Below, in pieces: positions 21,550 to 29,368 of a stretch of 29,398 bases of DNA; the first letter of the stretch is position 1, and each line of letters opens with the position of its first letter. Source of the DNA: a virus (taxonomy: Duplodnaviria; Caudoviricetes); the IMG/VR virus record IMGVR_UViG_3300032225_000122, positions 1 to 29,398 of that record, one strand, 5' to 3'. Under the pieces are notes generated by a model. That model was not told the DNA's origin. It made no database searches and saw only the letters and a program-made list of their open reading frames with translations. Made by a program: the position numbers and the translations under genes.

Positions 21550-23508
21550 ATGCCCTATGGCGATAACATCACGGAAGCAATTCCCTATGCACTGTCTAAT
21601 CCTGCAGGTACTCAAGTTTATGCAGGAACAGGTGTCGCCTACGATGTAGCCTTTGGTGGATTGCCATTTTTTCTAACCACTGGTGATGAAACACCTTATC
21701 GTCGTGTCACTGCTCAATATCGAAAGAACCAAGTAGATATGAGCCGCGAACCTGGTGAGCAAACACTTACCGGTTGGTGGCTACGTAGCCAATCTAGTTT
21801 CCACCTTGGTCAAGGCATCAAATTCTTTGAGCCACAGCAGGATGAGTCTTTGCGCTTTCAGTTTACTTTCAGCAAGGGCTTAGATGTCTGGACTAAAGGA
21901 CAAGCAACGCTACTTAAAGATGTAACTGCGTACTCATCTATTACCAATGGATTGCAGACTAACAAGCGCCCATACCAAACTGCTAGATCTATTCGATACA
22001 GCAGCAAGGATGCAGTTCTTGTTTGGGATGGCTACAAGATTGACAAGGTAGAGGCAGATGGAACTGTTGTTTCATTTGTCAGCTACACACCTGGTACTGA
22101 CTATCCAATTCTTTCTGTCTGTGATGATGGAACCTTTGCTTACTGGGTAACCAACAAGGTTGGAACTAACAGGCTACAAGTCAATAAGCGACCATTAGAC
22201 TCAAGCTCAGCAGCAACTGAGATGTTTACTAGTGCGACTATCACAGCAACTAATGCTGTCATTGAGTTTACTAAAGAGCGTCTTGTTATGGCTGTCAATA
22301 ACAGCGTCTATGAGTTTGCTATCTCAGCAGTTGCACTACCTACTGCAGTCTATAGCCACCCGAACGCATCATTTACTTATACAAGTATCACATCATCTGG
22401 TGCTGCTATTTACCTATCAGGCTACAACGGCATCCAATCAACTATCCAGAAGTTTACTCTGACTACAACTGGTGCAATGCCAACACTGACTAGTGCTATC
22501 ACTGCAGCTGAACTTCCAGTAGGAGAGATTGTACAGAAGGTCTACTACTACCTTGGTTATATGGCTATCGGTACAAGCCTAGGACTACGTGTTGCAGATG
22601 TGTCTGTATCAGATGGATCTATTGCTTATGGACCATTGATATTTAACTCTGAGCAACCAGTCTATGACGTTGCAGGGTATGACAAATATCTATGGTGTAC
22701 TACAAATGTAGATGGCAACCCTGGTGTTACACGCGTTGACTTAGGTCAACAGGTAGGAACACAGTTAGTCTTTGCCTATGCTTGGGATTTGTATGACCCA
22801 AACCTTACAGGTTTCTACACAACAGCCTGTGCTTTTGTTGGTAACACTGATCGCCTAGCCTTTGTTACATCTAATAATGGAACAACAAATGGCAAAGTAT
22901 ATATCGAGGCATCAACACGATTGACTGCACTTGGCACAATGCGTATTGGCTACATCCGTTACAACACACTTGAGAATAAAATCTTTAAGTTCTTACAGCC
23001 ACGCTATGATTCAACAGATGGCGCACTGAACATCTATTCTATTGATGCTCAAGGTAATCAGTACAAGATTGGTTCCTTTGACCAAGGCGCAGACATTACT
23101 CAAATTGGTATTCCATATCCAGCTACACCTCAGCAGTATCTTGGCTTTAAGTTTGAGATGAGTCGTTCTGATACTGATACATCTAAGGGGCCATTGTTTA
23201 CTGGTTACCAGGTACGAGTACTGCCATCTATTCCACGTCAGCGTTTGATTCAATACCCAGTAGAACTCTATGACTATGAGATGGATAAGTTTAATAACCC
23301 TGCAGGTTATGAAGGTGGGGCCTATGACCGTTTACTTAATATGCAAGCAATTGAAAATCTTGGAGACTTAATCAAGGTAGAAGACTTCCGTACCGGTGAG
23401 TCATACCTTGGTCTGATTGAAGAGATGGACTTCATCAACCGTACCCCTACCGATAAGCGATACTCTGGCTATGGCGGTTTACTACTAGTTACGATTCGGA
23501 CGGCATAA
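21550..23508 (+). CDS. Probable tail nozzle / tail tubular protein B (beta-propeller-like)
   Basis: 652 aa, beta-rich with repeated short hydrophobic strands; last structural gene before lysis; SD AAGGAG. Confidence 0.55.
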   Translation: MPYGDNITEAIPYALSNPAGTQVYAGTGVAYDVAFGGLPFFLTTGDETPYRRVTAQYRKNQVDMSREPGEQTLTGWWLRSQSSFHLGQGIKFFEPQQDESLRFQFTFSKGLDVWTKGQATLLKDVTAYSSITNGLQTNKRPYQTARSIRYSSKDAVLVWDGYKIDKVEADGTVVSFVSYTPGTDYPILSVCDDGTFAYWVTNKVGTNRLQVNKRPLDSSSAATEMFTSATITATNAVIEFTKERLVMAVNNSVYEFAISAVALPTAVYSHPNASFTYTSITSSGAAIYLSGYNGIQSTIQKFTLTTTGAMPTLTSAITAAELPVGEIVQKVYYYLGYMAIGTSLGLRVADVSVSDGSIAYGPLIFNSEQPVYDVAGYDKYLWCTTNVDGNPGVTRVDLGQQVGTQLVFAYAWDLYDPNLTGFYTTACAFVGNTDRLAFVTSNNGTTNGKVYIEASTRLTALGTMRIGYIRYNTLENKIFKFLQPRYDSTDGALNIYSIDAQGNQYKIGSFDQGADITQIGIPYPATPQQYLGFKFEMSRSDTDTSKGPLFTGYQVRVLPSIPRQRLIQYPVELYDYEMDKFNNPAGYEGGAYDRLLNMQAIENLGDLIKVEDFRTGESYLGLIEEMDFINRTPTDKRYSGYGGLLLVTIRTA

Positions 23509-23759
23509 TGTCAGCAGCTCTTATCAACAATGGCAGCTTATTGTTCTCAGGTATCTGGGCATTATGTGAGACAGTAGTTATCTTTACTGCAGCCTACAAG
23601 TTCTTTAGCAGGATGAACCGTCGCCTAGACCGTATTGAATACCAGTTGTATGAAAACGGTGGTGAGTCTATGAAGGATCAGATCAATGCTATCTGTGAAG
23701 ACATTACTGAACTCAAGATCAATCAAGCAATTATCAAGACAAAGGTAGAAGCACAATGA
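23508..23759 (+). CDS. Membrane protein with C-terminal coiled coil (lysis cassette, holin/antiholin-like)
   Basis: One hydrophobic segment then RLDRIEYQL-x-x-NGG-x-SMKD; adjacent to endolysin. Confidence 0.55.
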   Translation: MSAALINNGSLLFSGIWALCETVVIFTAAYKFFSRMNRRLDRIEYQLYENGGESMKDQINAICEDITELKINQAIIKTKVEAQ

Positions 23760-24256
23760 GTCAGCGTGCAGATTTCTTGGCAATAGCAGCAAAAGAAATT
23801 GGAACTATAGAAGGACCGAAGGATAATGAAACAAAGTATGGCGCGTTTACTAAGGCTAATTTCCTACCTTGGTGCGGCAGTTTTGTTATGTGGTGTGCTA
23901 ATCAGGTTGGCCTTAAGATCCCAAATGTCGTAAGCACACACCTTGGTGCTGAGAAGTTTAAGGGCACAGGCGCCTGGGCTAACGCAGCTACTGCTAAGCC
24001 AAAGCCAGGGGACATAGTCTTCTTTGATTTTGCAGAAGGCGGTAACCCAATAGATCACGTAGGTATTGTGGTCAAAGATAACCAAGATGGAACAGTTACC
24101 ACTATTGAAGGTAATACATCTGGCGATAAAAAGAAGTCTGCATCAGAGCGCAATGGTGGAGAAGTAGTTCAGAAAGTTCGTGCGTATCTCACTAGCAATA
24201 AGAAGAAGTTGCCAGTGTTTATCGTTGGCTTTGGTACACCAAAGTTCAAAGACTAA
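23756..24256 (+). CDS. Endolysin, CHAP-domain cysteine amidase/peptidase
   Basis: PWCGSFVMW (catalytic Cys), PKPGDIVFF, DHVGIV (His), TIEGNT. Confidence 0.9.
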   Translation: MSQRADFLAIAAKEIGTIEGPKDNETKYGAFTKANFLPWCGSFVMWCANQVGLKIPNVVSTHLGAEKFKGTGAWANAATAKPKPGDIVFFDFAEGGNPIDHVGIVVKDNQDGTVTTIEGNTSGDKKKSASERNGGEVVQKVRAYLTSNKKKLPVFIVGFGTPKFKD

Positions 24257-24265
24257 GGAGAACAA

Positions 24266-24475
24266 ATGAAGTTCAATAACAAAGTACTAGATATGTGGGC
24301 AAAGTGGTTCGTCGGTAACGCACTGACAGCAGTGGTAGTTATCGGCAAGTCCCCACTAGATTTTGCAGCAGCAGACTGGAAGCACGCAGCCAATGCAATT
24401 TGGCTAGCAATAGTTCCGGTAATAATTGCTTGGGCTAACCCTAAGCACGAATTAACTATGACTAAACCTAAGTAA
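24266..24475 (+). CDS. Holin
   Basis: 69 aa, two hydrophobic segments, ends W-A-NP plus basic tail; follows endolysin; SD AAGGAG. Confidence 0.7.
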   Translation: MKFNNKVLDMWAKWFVGNALTAVVVIGKSPLDFAAADWKHAANAIWLAIVPVIIAWANPKHELTMTKPK

Positions 24476-24495
24476 AGTTTGACTGCAAGGCATAC

Positions 24496-24529
24496 GGCCC
24501 TCACTCCTTCGGGAGTGGGGGCCTTTTTT
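24496..24529 (+). terminator. Intrinsic terminator ending the late operon
   Basis: GGCCCTCACTCC-TTCG-GGAGTGGGGGCC followed by TTTTTT; cUUCGg tetraloop. Confidence 0.92.
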
Positions 24530-24534
24530 GTTGT

Positions 24535-24792
24535 CTAAATTTTGTCTACAGAACAGGGAACGATGACAAGATTGCCACAGGAAACACAGGTAGCATCAAG
24601 GAAATACCAGACTAGCTCGTAGTCTTCAAAGGAACACATAACATTAAATACTTGTGAGCCACAGGTGCAGACGTGGATGGGTCCTAAACCCCGCAGATCG
24701 GCCCCGTAAGGCTCAGGAACACCATCTAGTGGCTTGCGCCTGCGGTTCATTCTTGGCAGGGTGAGTAGACGGAGTACCATATTGCCTGGCAC
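24535..24792 (-). CDS. Small zinc-ribbon protein; the only convincing minus-strand gene
   Basis: HVCTCGS...CVSCG; strong SD AGGAGGGAG just upstream of the GTG on the minus strand; fills gap after terminator. Confidence 0.7.
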   Translation of the reverse strand: MPGNMVLRLLTLPRMNRRRKPLDGVPEPYGADLRGLGPIHVCTCGSQVFNVMCSFEDYELVWYFLDATCVSCGNLVIVPCSVDKI

Positions 24793-24872
24793 GTCTCCCT
24801 CCTGCGGGTCGGTCGCCTCTCGGCTAAAGCCTCGGCCCCGTAAGGGGCCACTGTAAATTCGCTATCGCTCAT

Positions 24873-24929
24873 ATTGTAATCGGCGAGCCTAGTATGTGTC
24901 TTACGACACGCCGTAGTAGACTAGTAACT
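24873..24929. promoter_or_regulatory. Candidate divergent promoter with inverted GACAC boxes
   Basis: GTGTC(24896-900)-TTAC-GACAC(24905-09); + strand -10-like TAGACT(24917-22) 7 nt before ATG 24930; minus strand -10-like TACAAT(24878-73). Confidence 0.55.
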
Positions 24930-25484
24930 ATGACAACATTGGTAGGGATCTCTAGTAACGACTTCGTCGTAATGGCAGCTGACTCGCAAATTACTGACGG
25001 CGATCAACGTATCATCTCGGTCGAAACTCCTAAGATAATTTGGGTAGGTAAATACCTATTAGGTCTTACTGGTGACTCACGTCCTGGTGACATCCTTGCC
25101 TACTCGTGGAAGCCACCGCTATATCGTGGTGAAGATCCTGTGCGTTTTATGGGTAGCAAACTATTGCCTAGTATGTCGGTTGCGTTCAAAGAAAATAACT
25201 ATGAACCAGACCAGAAGGAAATGAACTTCGCTTTCCTTGTGTCTTTTAATACTAACTTGTTCTCAGTAGGTGGGGATCTATCTTTCAACGCCAGTGAGCG
25301 TGGACTGTTTGCATCAGGCTCAGGTGGTAACTATGCGCTGGGGTTTCTGTATGGCTTGGAAAAGAAAATGTACAGAACACAAGAGATGGCAAAGATAGCT
25401 GCAGAAAAGGCAGTCAATATCGCGTCGGTTCTTGACATCAATACCAGCCCACCCATACAGTTAGAGATCCAGGAGAGGAGTTGA
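24930..25484 (+). CDS. Proteasome-beta/HslV-like N-terminal threonine (Ntn) protease
   Basis: M-TTLVG...AADSQ (Thr1, Asp17), Lys34, ASGSGG, DINTS; start moved from 24894 to 24930 to expose Thr1. Confidence 0.85.
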   Translation: MTTLVGISSNDFVVMAADSQITDGDQRIISVETPKIIWVGKYLLGLTGDSRPGDILAYSWKPPLYRGEDPVRFMGSKLLPSMSVAFKENNYEPDQKEMNFAFLVSFNTNLFSVGGDLSFNASERGLFASGSGGNYALGFLYGLEKKMYRTQEMAKIAAEKAVNIASVLDINTSPPIQLEIQERS

Positions 25485-25485
25485 A

Positions 25486-25584
25486 ATGTTATTAGGAATA
25501 GCTATTGGTTTCGTAGTTGGCTTTGTTGCAGCTTATGGTTTTGATACTTGGTTGCAATGGAAGGATGACCAGCGATGGAAATGA
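25486..25584 (+). CDS. 32-aa single-pass membrane peptide (MLLGIAIGFVVGFVAAYGFDTWLQWKDDQRWK)
   Basis: Translated by hand; SD GAGGAG; GxxxG-patterned hydrophobic helix. Confidence 0.65.
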   Translation: MLLGIAIGFVVGFVAAYGFDTWLQWKDDQRWK

Positions 25585-25718
25585 TCTGGAAGCGTTTTGC
25601 ACTACGTGAAACTATTGCAAAGAAGATTGAATCTATTGAAATCAAACCATCTGAAACTAATGCACTAGGTATGCAGATACAGGCAGCAAGAATAGCAAGG
25701 GATAAAGATGGCAATTGA
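25575..25718 (+). CDS. Hypothetical protein (47 aa, MEMIWKRFALRE...)
   Basis: Translated by hand; overlaps both neighbours; AAGGA upstream. Confidence 0.6.
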   Translation: MEMIWKRFALRETIAKKIESIEIKPSETNALGMQIQAARIARDKDGN

Positions 25719-25842
25719 AGATCTTAAAGGCATACATATGACAGATGAGTATGCTGCCAACTATTTCCTACAGCAGGGTTACTTAGCAGCACGAGTTGAA
25801 TACATACAAGCAGAACGTGAGAAGGAAAACAATGGCGATTGA
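25708..25842 (+). CDS. Hypothetical protein (44 aa, MAIEDLKGIHMTDEYAA...)
   Basis: Translated by hand; 11-nt overlaps with both neighbours; AAGGGA upstream. Confidence 0.6.
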   Translation: MAIEDLKGIHMTDEYAANYFLQQGYLAARVEYIQAEREKENNGD

Positions 25843-26791
25843 AGACCCAAAGGAATTACTGCTGCACGTACTGCATAACAAAGATGCAAGTCGTGACCGC
25901 AGTATGCAGACCGAGGTTGGTCCATCAGAAATCGGTAGTTGTAAGCGCAAGGTCTGGTACAGATTAAACGCACAGCCACATACCAATGAGAACCAATCAA
26001 AACTGGCAGCCATTATGGGTACTGCTATTCACGCTGCAATTGAAGAGGCTATTGGTCACATAGATCCAGAAGGTAAAGAGTATCTAGTTGAAACCTCTGT
26101 TGCCTACGGTGATATGAAAGCACACGTAGATTTATTTATACCTAGTACCGGTGCAGTCATTGACTGGAAGACTAGCAAGATAAAGAACCTGAGCTACTTC
26201 CCATCCAAGCAACAGCGTTGGCAGGTACAGGTCTATGGATACTTACTATCAAAGAATGGATACAATGTTAAAACGGTTAACCTTGTTGCTATTGCTCGTG
26301 ATGGTGCTGAAAAAGATGTCAAAGTACATACAGAACCTTATGATGAAAGCATCGCTTTAGAAGCACTTGAGTGGTTAGCAAATGTTAAGGCAAGTCCAAC
26401 CTTGCCAGAGCCTGAGAAGGACCAATCATTTTGTAAAGACTACTGCCAATACTATGATGAGTCTGAGACTATGGGATGTGGTGGCTTAAAAAAAGAACGT
26501 ATCGTCCTTAGTGAATTGATTATTGAGGACGAAGCAGTTGACAAGAACGCACTGCTTTACTTACAGTTAGACAGCAAGATCAAAGAGTTGGAAAAAGAAA
26601 AAGATTCCTTGAAGGCATCCTTCGAGGGTACTACTGGAGTAACACCTAGTGGTGTAGAAATCAGCTGGTCTACTGTTAAAGGTAGAGAAACAGTTGATGC
26701 AAAGGAAGTTGAGAAACTTCTAGGGTTTGTACCGAAGGTTGTCGGTAACGAATCTGTACGACTTAACATCAAAACTATCGGAGGAAAGTAA
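25832..26791 (+). CDS. Cas4/RecB-like PD-(D/E)XK exonuclease
   Basis: GPSEIGSCKRKVWY, GTAIH, HVDL, VIDWKT, QVQVY and C-terminal C-x3-C-x10-C; SD AAGGA favours ATG 25832. Confidence 0.85.
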   Translation: MAIEDPKELLLHVLHNKDASRDRSMQTEVGPSEIGSCKRKVWYRLNAQPHTNENQSKLAAIMGTAIHAAIEEAIGHIDPEGKEYLVETSVAYGDMKAHVDLFIPSTGAVIDWKTSKIKNLSYFPSKQQRWQVQVYGYLLSKNGYNVKTVNLVAIARDGAEKDVKVHTEPYDESIALEALEWLANVKASPTLPEPEKDQSFCKDYCQYYDESETMGCGGLKKERIVLSELIIEDEAVDKNALLYLQLDSKIKELEKEKDSLKASFEGTTGVTPSGVEISWSTVKGRETVDAKEVEKLLGFVPKVVGNESVRLNIKTIGGK

Positions 26792-27166
26792 ATGGCTGCA
26801 AACGAAAACACAAAGTTCCAAGTGAACTTTAAGACAGGCGATGGATCACTTATCAACTTGTACGCAACAGATATCAAAGACCTAGAGACGGGTCTAACAG
26901 ATCTATCAATGGTTGCTTCCCTAATCAAGTCAACATCAGCAGAACTAGGTTCAGTACCTGCAGCACCAGCACGTGCTGTTGCAGATATTGCAGCACAGTT
27001 CAATGCACCAGTTGCACAGCAGAGCGAAGCACCAGGGTCTAAGTCTTGTAAGCACGGACCGATGGCTTTCAAATCAGGAACATCAGCTAAGGGTCCTTGG
27101 CAGGGTTATATGTGTAACTCGCCAAAGGGTTCACCAGATAAATGCGAGACTATCTGGGTTCGTTAA
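26792..27166 (+). CDS. Hypothetical protein with C-terminal C-x-H...C...C zinc-finger-like domain
   Basis: CKHGPM...GPWQGYMC...DKCETIW; SD GGAGG. Confidence 0.75.
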   Translation: MAANENTKFQVNFKTGDGSLINLYATDIKDLETGLTDLSMVASLIKSTSAELGSVPAAPARAVADIAAQFNAPVAQQSEAPGSKSCKHGPMAFKSGTSAKGPWQGYMCNSPKGSPDKCETIWVR

Positions 27167-27169
27167 CCT

Positions 27170-27430
27170 GTGCGAGGGCCTTGGAACTTCGAGGATCCAC
27201 GCTGTAGAGGTATAGACACAGAACTATTTTACCCACCAGAAGCAGAATATCCACCAGAGATGCCTATGATTTTATCTCTGTGTGGTAAATGCGTACACCA
27301 AACAGAGTGTGCTGAGTGGGGAATTAAAAACGAACGCTTTGGTATCTGGGGTGGGTTAACTCACGGCAAGAGAGCAAGGATTCGTACACAAAGAGGTATC
27401 ACTATTCCGTTTGGGGAGTTTAATGCTTAG
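27170..27430 (+). CDS. whiB: WhiB-family Fe-S transcription factor
   Basis: Four Cys (C...CxxC-x5-C), D-x-ELFYP and the signature GIWGG turn. Confidence 0.9.
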   Translation: MRGPWNFEDPRCRGIDTELFYPPEAEYPPEMPMILSLCGKCVHQTECAEWGIKNERFGIWGGLTHGKRARIRTQRGITIPFGEFNA

Positions 27431-28301
27431 CTTACAGCGTGCGTGGGGAACAGTCCTCACCAAAGCAACTCCCCTGCCGGATGTGTGGAAAGATCTTGTA
27501 CCTAAACAGATTAAGTTTCGACGAGGGCAAGTGTGTATGGTAGCTGCTGCGCCCAATGTAGGTAAGTCAATGTTTGCTTTGGTCTACAGCATCAGAGCAA
27601 AAGTACCTACCTTGTTCTTCTCAGCAGATACTGACACAGCAACAGTAATGTTGCGATCTGCTGCACATACATCTGGTCACAACCAGGTAACAGTAGAACA
27701 GAACCTATCTGGTAACTCCCATTACTATGACAAACACTTTGAGAAGTTAAGTCATATCAAGTGGGTCTTTGACTCTAGTCCGTCACTCGATGATATCGAG
27801 TTAGAGATCAAGGCATACGTTGAACTCTACGGCATTGCTCCAGAACTTATTGTCATAGATAACTTAATGAACGTAGCAGCAGAAACAGATAATGAATGGG
27901 CAGGCTTGCGTGCGATTATGATGGAGCTTCACGATATGGCACGCAAGACCGAAGCCTGTGTACTGGTATTGCACCACGTCTCTGAACAGTCTGAGTATGG
28001 GTCACCTACCAGACCACCAGCCAGACGTGCTATCCACGGTAAGGTCAGTCAGTTGCCAGCGTTAATCCTAACGCTAGGCTTTGACCCAACCAGTGGTGAT
28101 CTTAATATCTCAGCGGTGAAGAACCGCTTTGGTAAGCACACAGCAGATGCTTCTGATTATGTAACTTTAGTTGCCGACTATGCTGCCTGTCAGATCTCTG
28201 ACAAAGATGCGTATGGATCAATGTTAAGTAGAGATGTACGTTCTGGATATAATGGTAGTCATACACCGATAGATGAGTGGCAGAAAGCGATGGGACAATG
28301 A
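27423..28301 (+). CDS. DnaB-like (SF4/RecA-fold) helicase, C-terminal ATPase domain only
   Basis: Walker A AAPNVGKS, Walker B LIVIDNL, VLVLHH and KNRFG arginine finger. Confidence 0.85.
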   Translation: MLSLQRAWGTVLTKATPLPDVWKDLVPKQIKFRRGQVCMVAAAPNVGKSMFALVYSIRAKVPTLFFSADTDTATVMLRSAAHTSGHNQVTVEQNLSGNSHYYDKHFEKLSHIKWVFDSSPSLDDIELEIKAYVELYGIAPELIVIDNLMNVAAETDNEWAGLRAIMMELHDMARKTEACVLVLHHVSEQSEYGSPTRPPARRAIHGKVSQLPALILTLGFDPTSGDLNISAVKNRFGKHTADASDYVTLVADYAACQISDKDAYGSMLSRDVRSGYNGSHTPIDEWQKAMGQ

Positions 28302-28468
28302 GTAACACAGAGATCCAGTATGTCAAGAAGCGCATCAAACAATTAGAAGCTGATATGGCTAACCTAGTAATGGCATTGATTGAACTGAAAGTATTTAAGA
28401 TTAAGATTGATAAAGACGGTAACGCCATCTATGACACGGGCAAAGATGAGCAGTCCGAAGTACAATAA
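28298..28468 (+). CDS. Small coiled-coil hypothetical protein (MSNTEIQYVKKR...)
   Basis: ATGA overlap with helicase stop. Confidence 0.6.
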   Translation: MSNTEIQYVKKRIKQLEADMANLVMALIELKVFKIKIDKDGNAIYDTGKDEQSEVQ

Positions 28469-28802
28469 AGCCAAAGGCGCAGCCTTTGAGATAGATGTAA
28501 TGAAATGGTTTCGTAGTCTTGGTGTGCTAGCTGAACGACTCAGGCTGGCAGGCAAAGATGACGAAGGTGATTTAGTATGTGTTGTCTCCGGAAAGACATA
28601 CATACTAGAACTCAAGAACACGGCAACCCTTTCCTTGCCGGAGTTCTGGAGGCAAGCAGAAGTTGAGGCGCTTAACTACGCGAAGGCAAGAGGTATTGGG
28701 GAAGTACCACTGCATTATGTTGTAGTTAAGCGTCGCAACGCTGGCATAGAAAAGTCTTGGGTGGTCCAAGATTTAACACAATGGTTAAAGGAAAAACAAT
28801 GA
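28446..28802 (+). CDS. Holliday junction resolvase (Hjc-like PD-(D/E)XK)
   Basis: KAKGAAFE, DEGDL, ILELKN, W-x-QA and VVVKRR motifs. Confidence 0.8.
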   Translation: MSSPKYNKAKGAAFEIDVMKWFRSLGVLAERLRLAGKDDEGDLVCVVSGKTYILELKNTATLSLPEFWRQAEVEALNYAKARGIGEVPLHYVVVKRRNAGIEKSWVVQDLTQWLKEKQ

Positions 28803-28912
28803 CACCAGTACCAGAAGGAATTATTAGTACATCAACAGGTCCAGCAGAGGCGATACAAGAAGTTGTACCAGTCGAAGAGGTAGAAGAAGATGATTTGCCA
28901 GAACTGTCATAA
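28799..28912 (+). CDS. 37-aa acidic peptide (MTPVPEGIIS...EEVEEDDLPELS)
   Basis: Translated by hand; ATGA overlap and AAGGA SD. Confidence 0.55.
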   Translation: MTPVPEGIISTSTGPAEAIQEVVPVEEVEEDDLPELS

Positions 28913-29069
28913 GGCAGGAGAAGAGAACAGCCTTACCCACTACAAGCGTTCAGCTCAGTGGCACGATAAGTGCGATGATAAGGGGTGTGTATGCCAGCAC
29001 AAAACTGGTCCAGGGTACGTAAAGCGGGCAGATACAAAGGTGCCGTTGATGCAAACTCAATCCCCATAG
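28890..29069 (+). CDS. 59-aa Cys/His-rich protein (MICQNCHKAG...HDKCDDKGCVCQH...)
   Basis: Translated by hand; CxxC plus H-x2-C-x4-C-x-C-x-H; GAGGT upstream. Confidence 0.55.
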   Translation: MICQNCHKAGEENSLTHYKRSAQWHDKCDDKGCVCQHKTGPGYVKRADTKVPLMQTQSP

Positions 29070-29368
29070 GACCAATCGTTGCCAACTATGGCGGTGAAGT
29101 AAGAGAAGGTAAGTCCTGTTCGGTGCGATGTGTGCTGCATAGCGACTCCCGCAGGAGTGCGGTCATAAATACTGTAGACAATTTATACTTCTGTCACACC
29201 TGCGGTAAGGGCGGTAACGCTGCTAACTTGGTGTGCATACTAGAGAATATGGAGTTCAACGATGGCCTCAAGCGCGCAGTTGAAATCGCTACTGGAAGCG
29301 GCGCAACGATACGCCCAGGAAATAACTCCAGAGGTTCTAGTCGCACTCGACGAACGTGGGATCTCTGA
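28991..29368 (+). CDS. Primase zinc-binding (CHC2) domain protein
   Basis: RCVLHSDSRRSA...YFCHTCGKGGNA; ATG 28991 preferred. Confidence 0.85.
   Translation: MPAQNWSRVRKAGRYKGAVDANSIPIGPIVANYGGEVREGKSCSVRCVLHSDSRRSAVINTVDNLYFCHTCGKGGNAANLVCILENMEFNDGLKRAVEIATGSGATIRPGNNSRGSSRTRRTWDL

Noticed and set aside
24894-24929. ORF-track N-terminal extension of the Ntn protease as a propeptide
   Set aside because: Runs through the promoter-like palindrome and has no SD; ATG 24930 gives the canonical M-TT start
25832-26791. Cas4-like gene as evidence of a CRISPR-Cas system
   Set aside because: No array, cas1 or other cas genes in the window; context is replication/recombination
26557-27072. 171-aa minus-strand ORF and similar antisense ORFs over long genes
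   Set aside because: Entirely antisense to well-supported + strand genes, with no motif or SD
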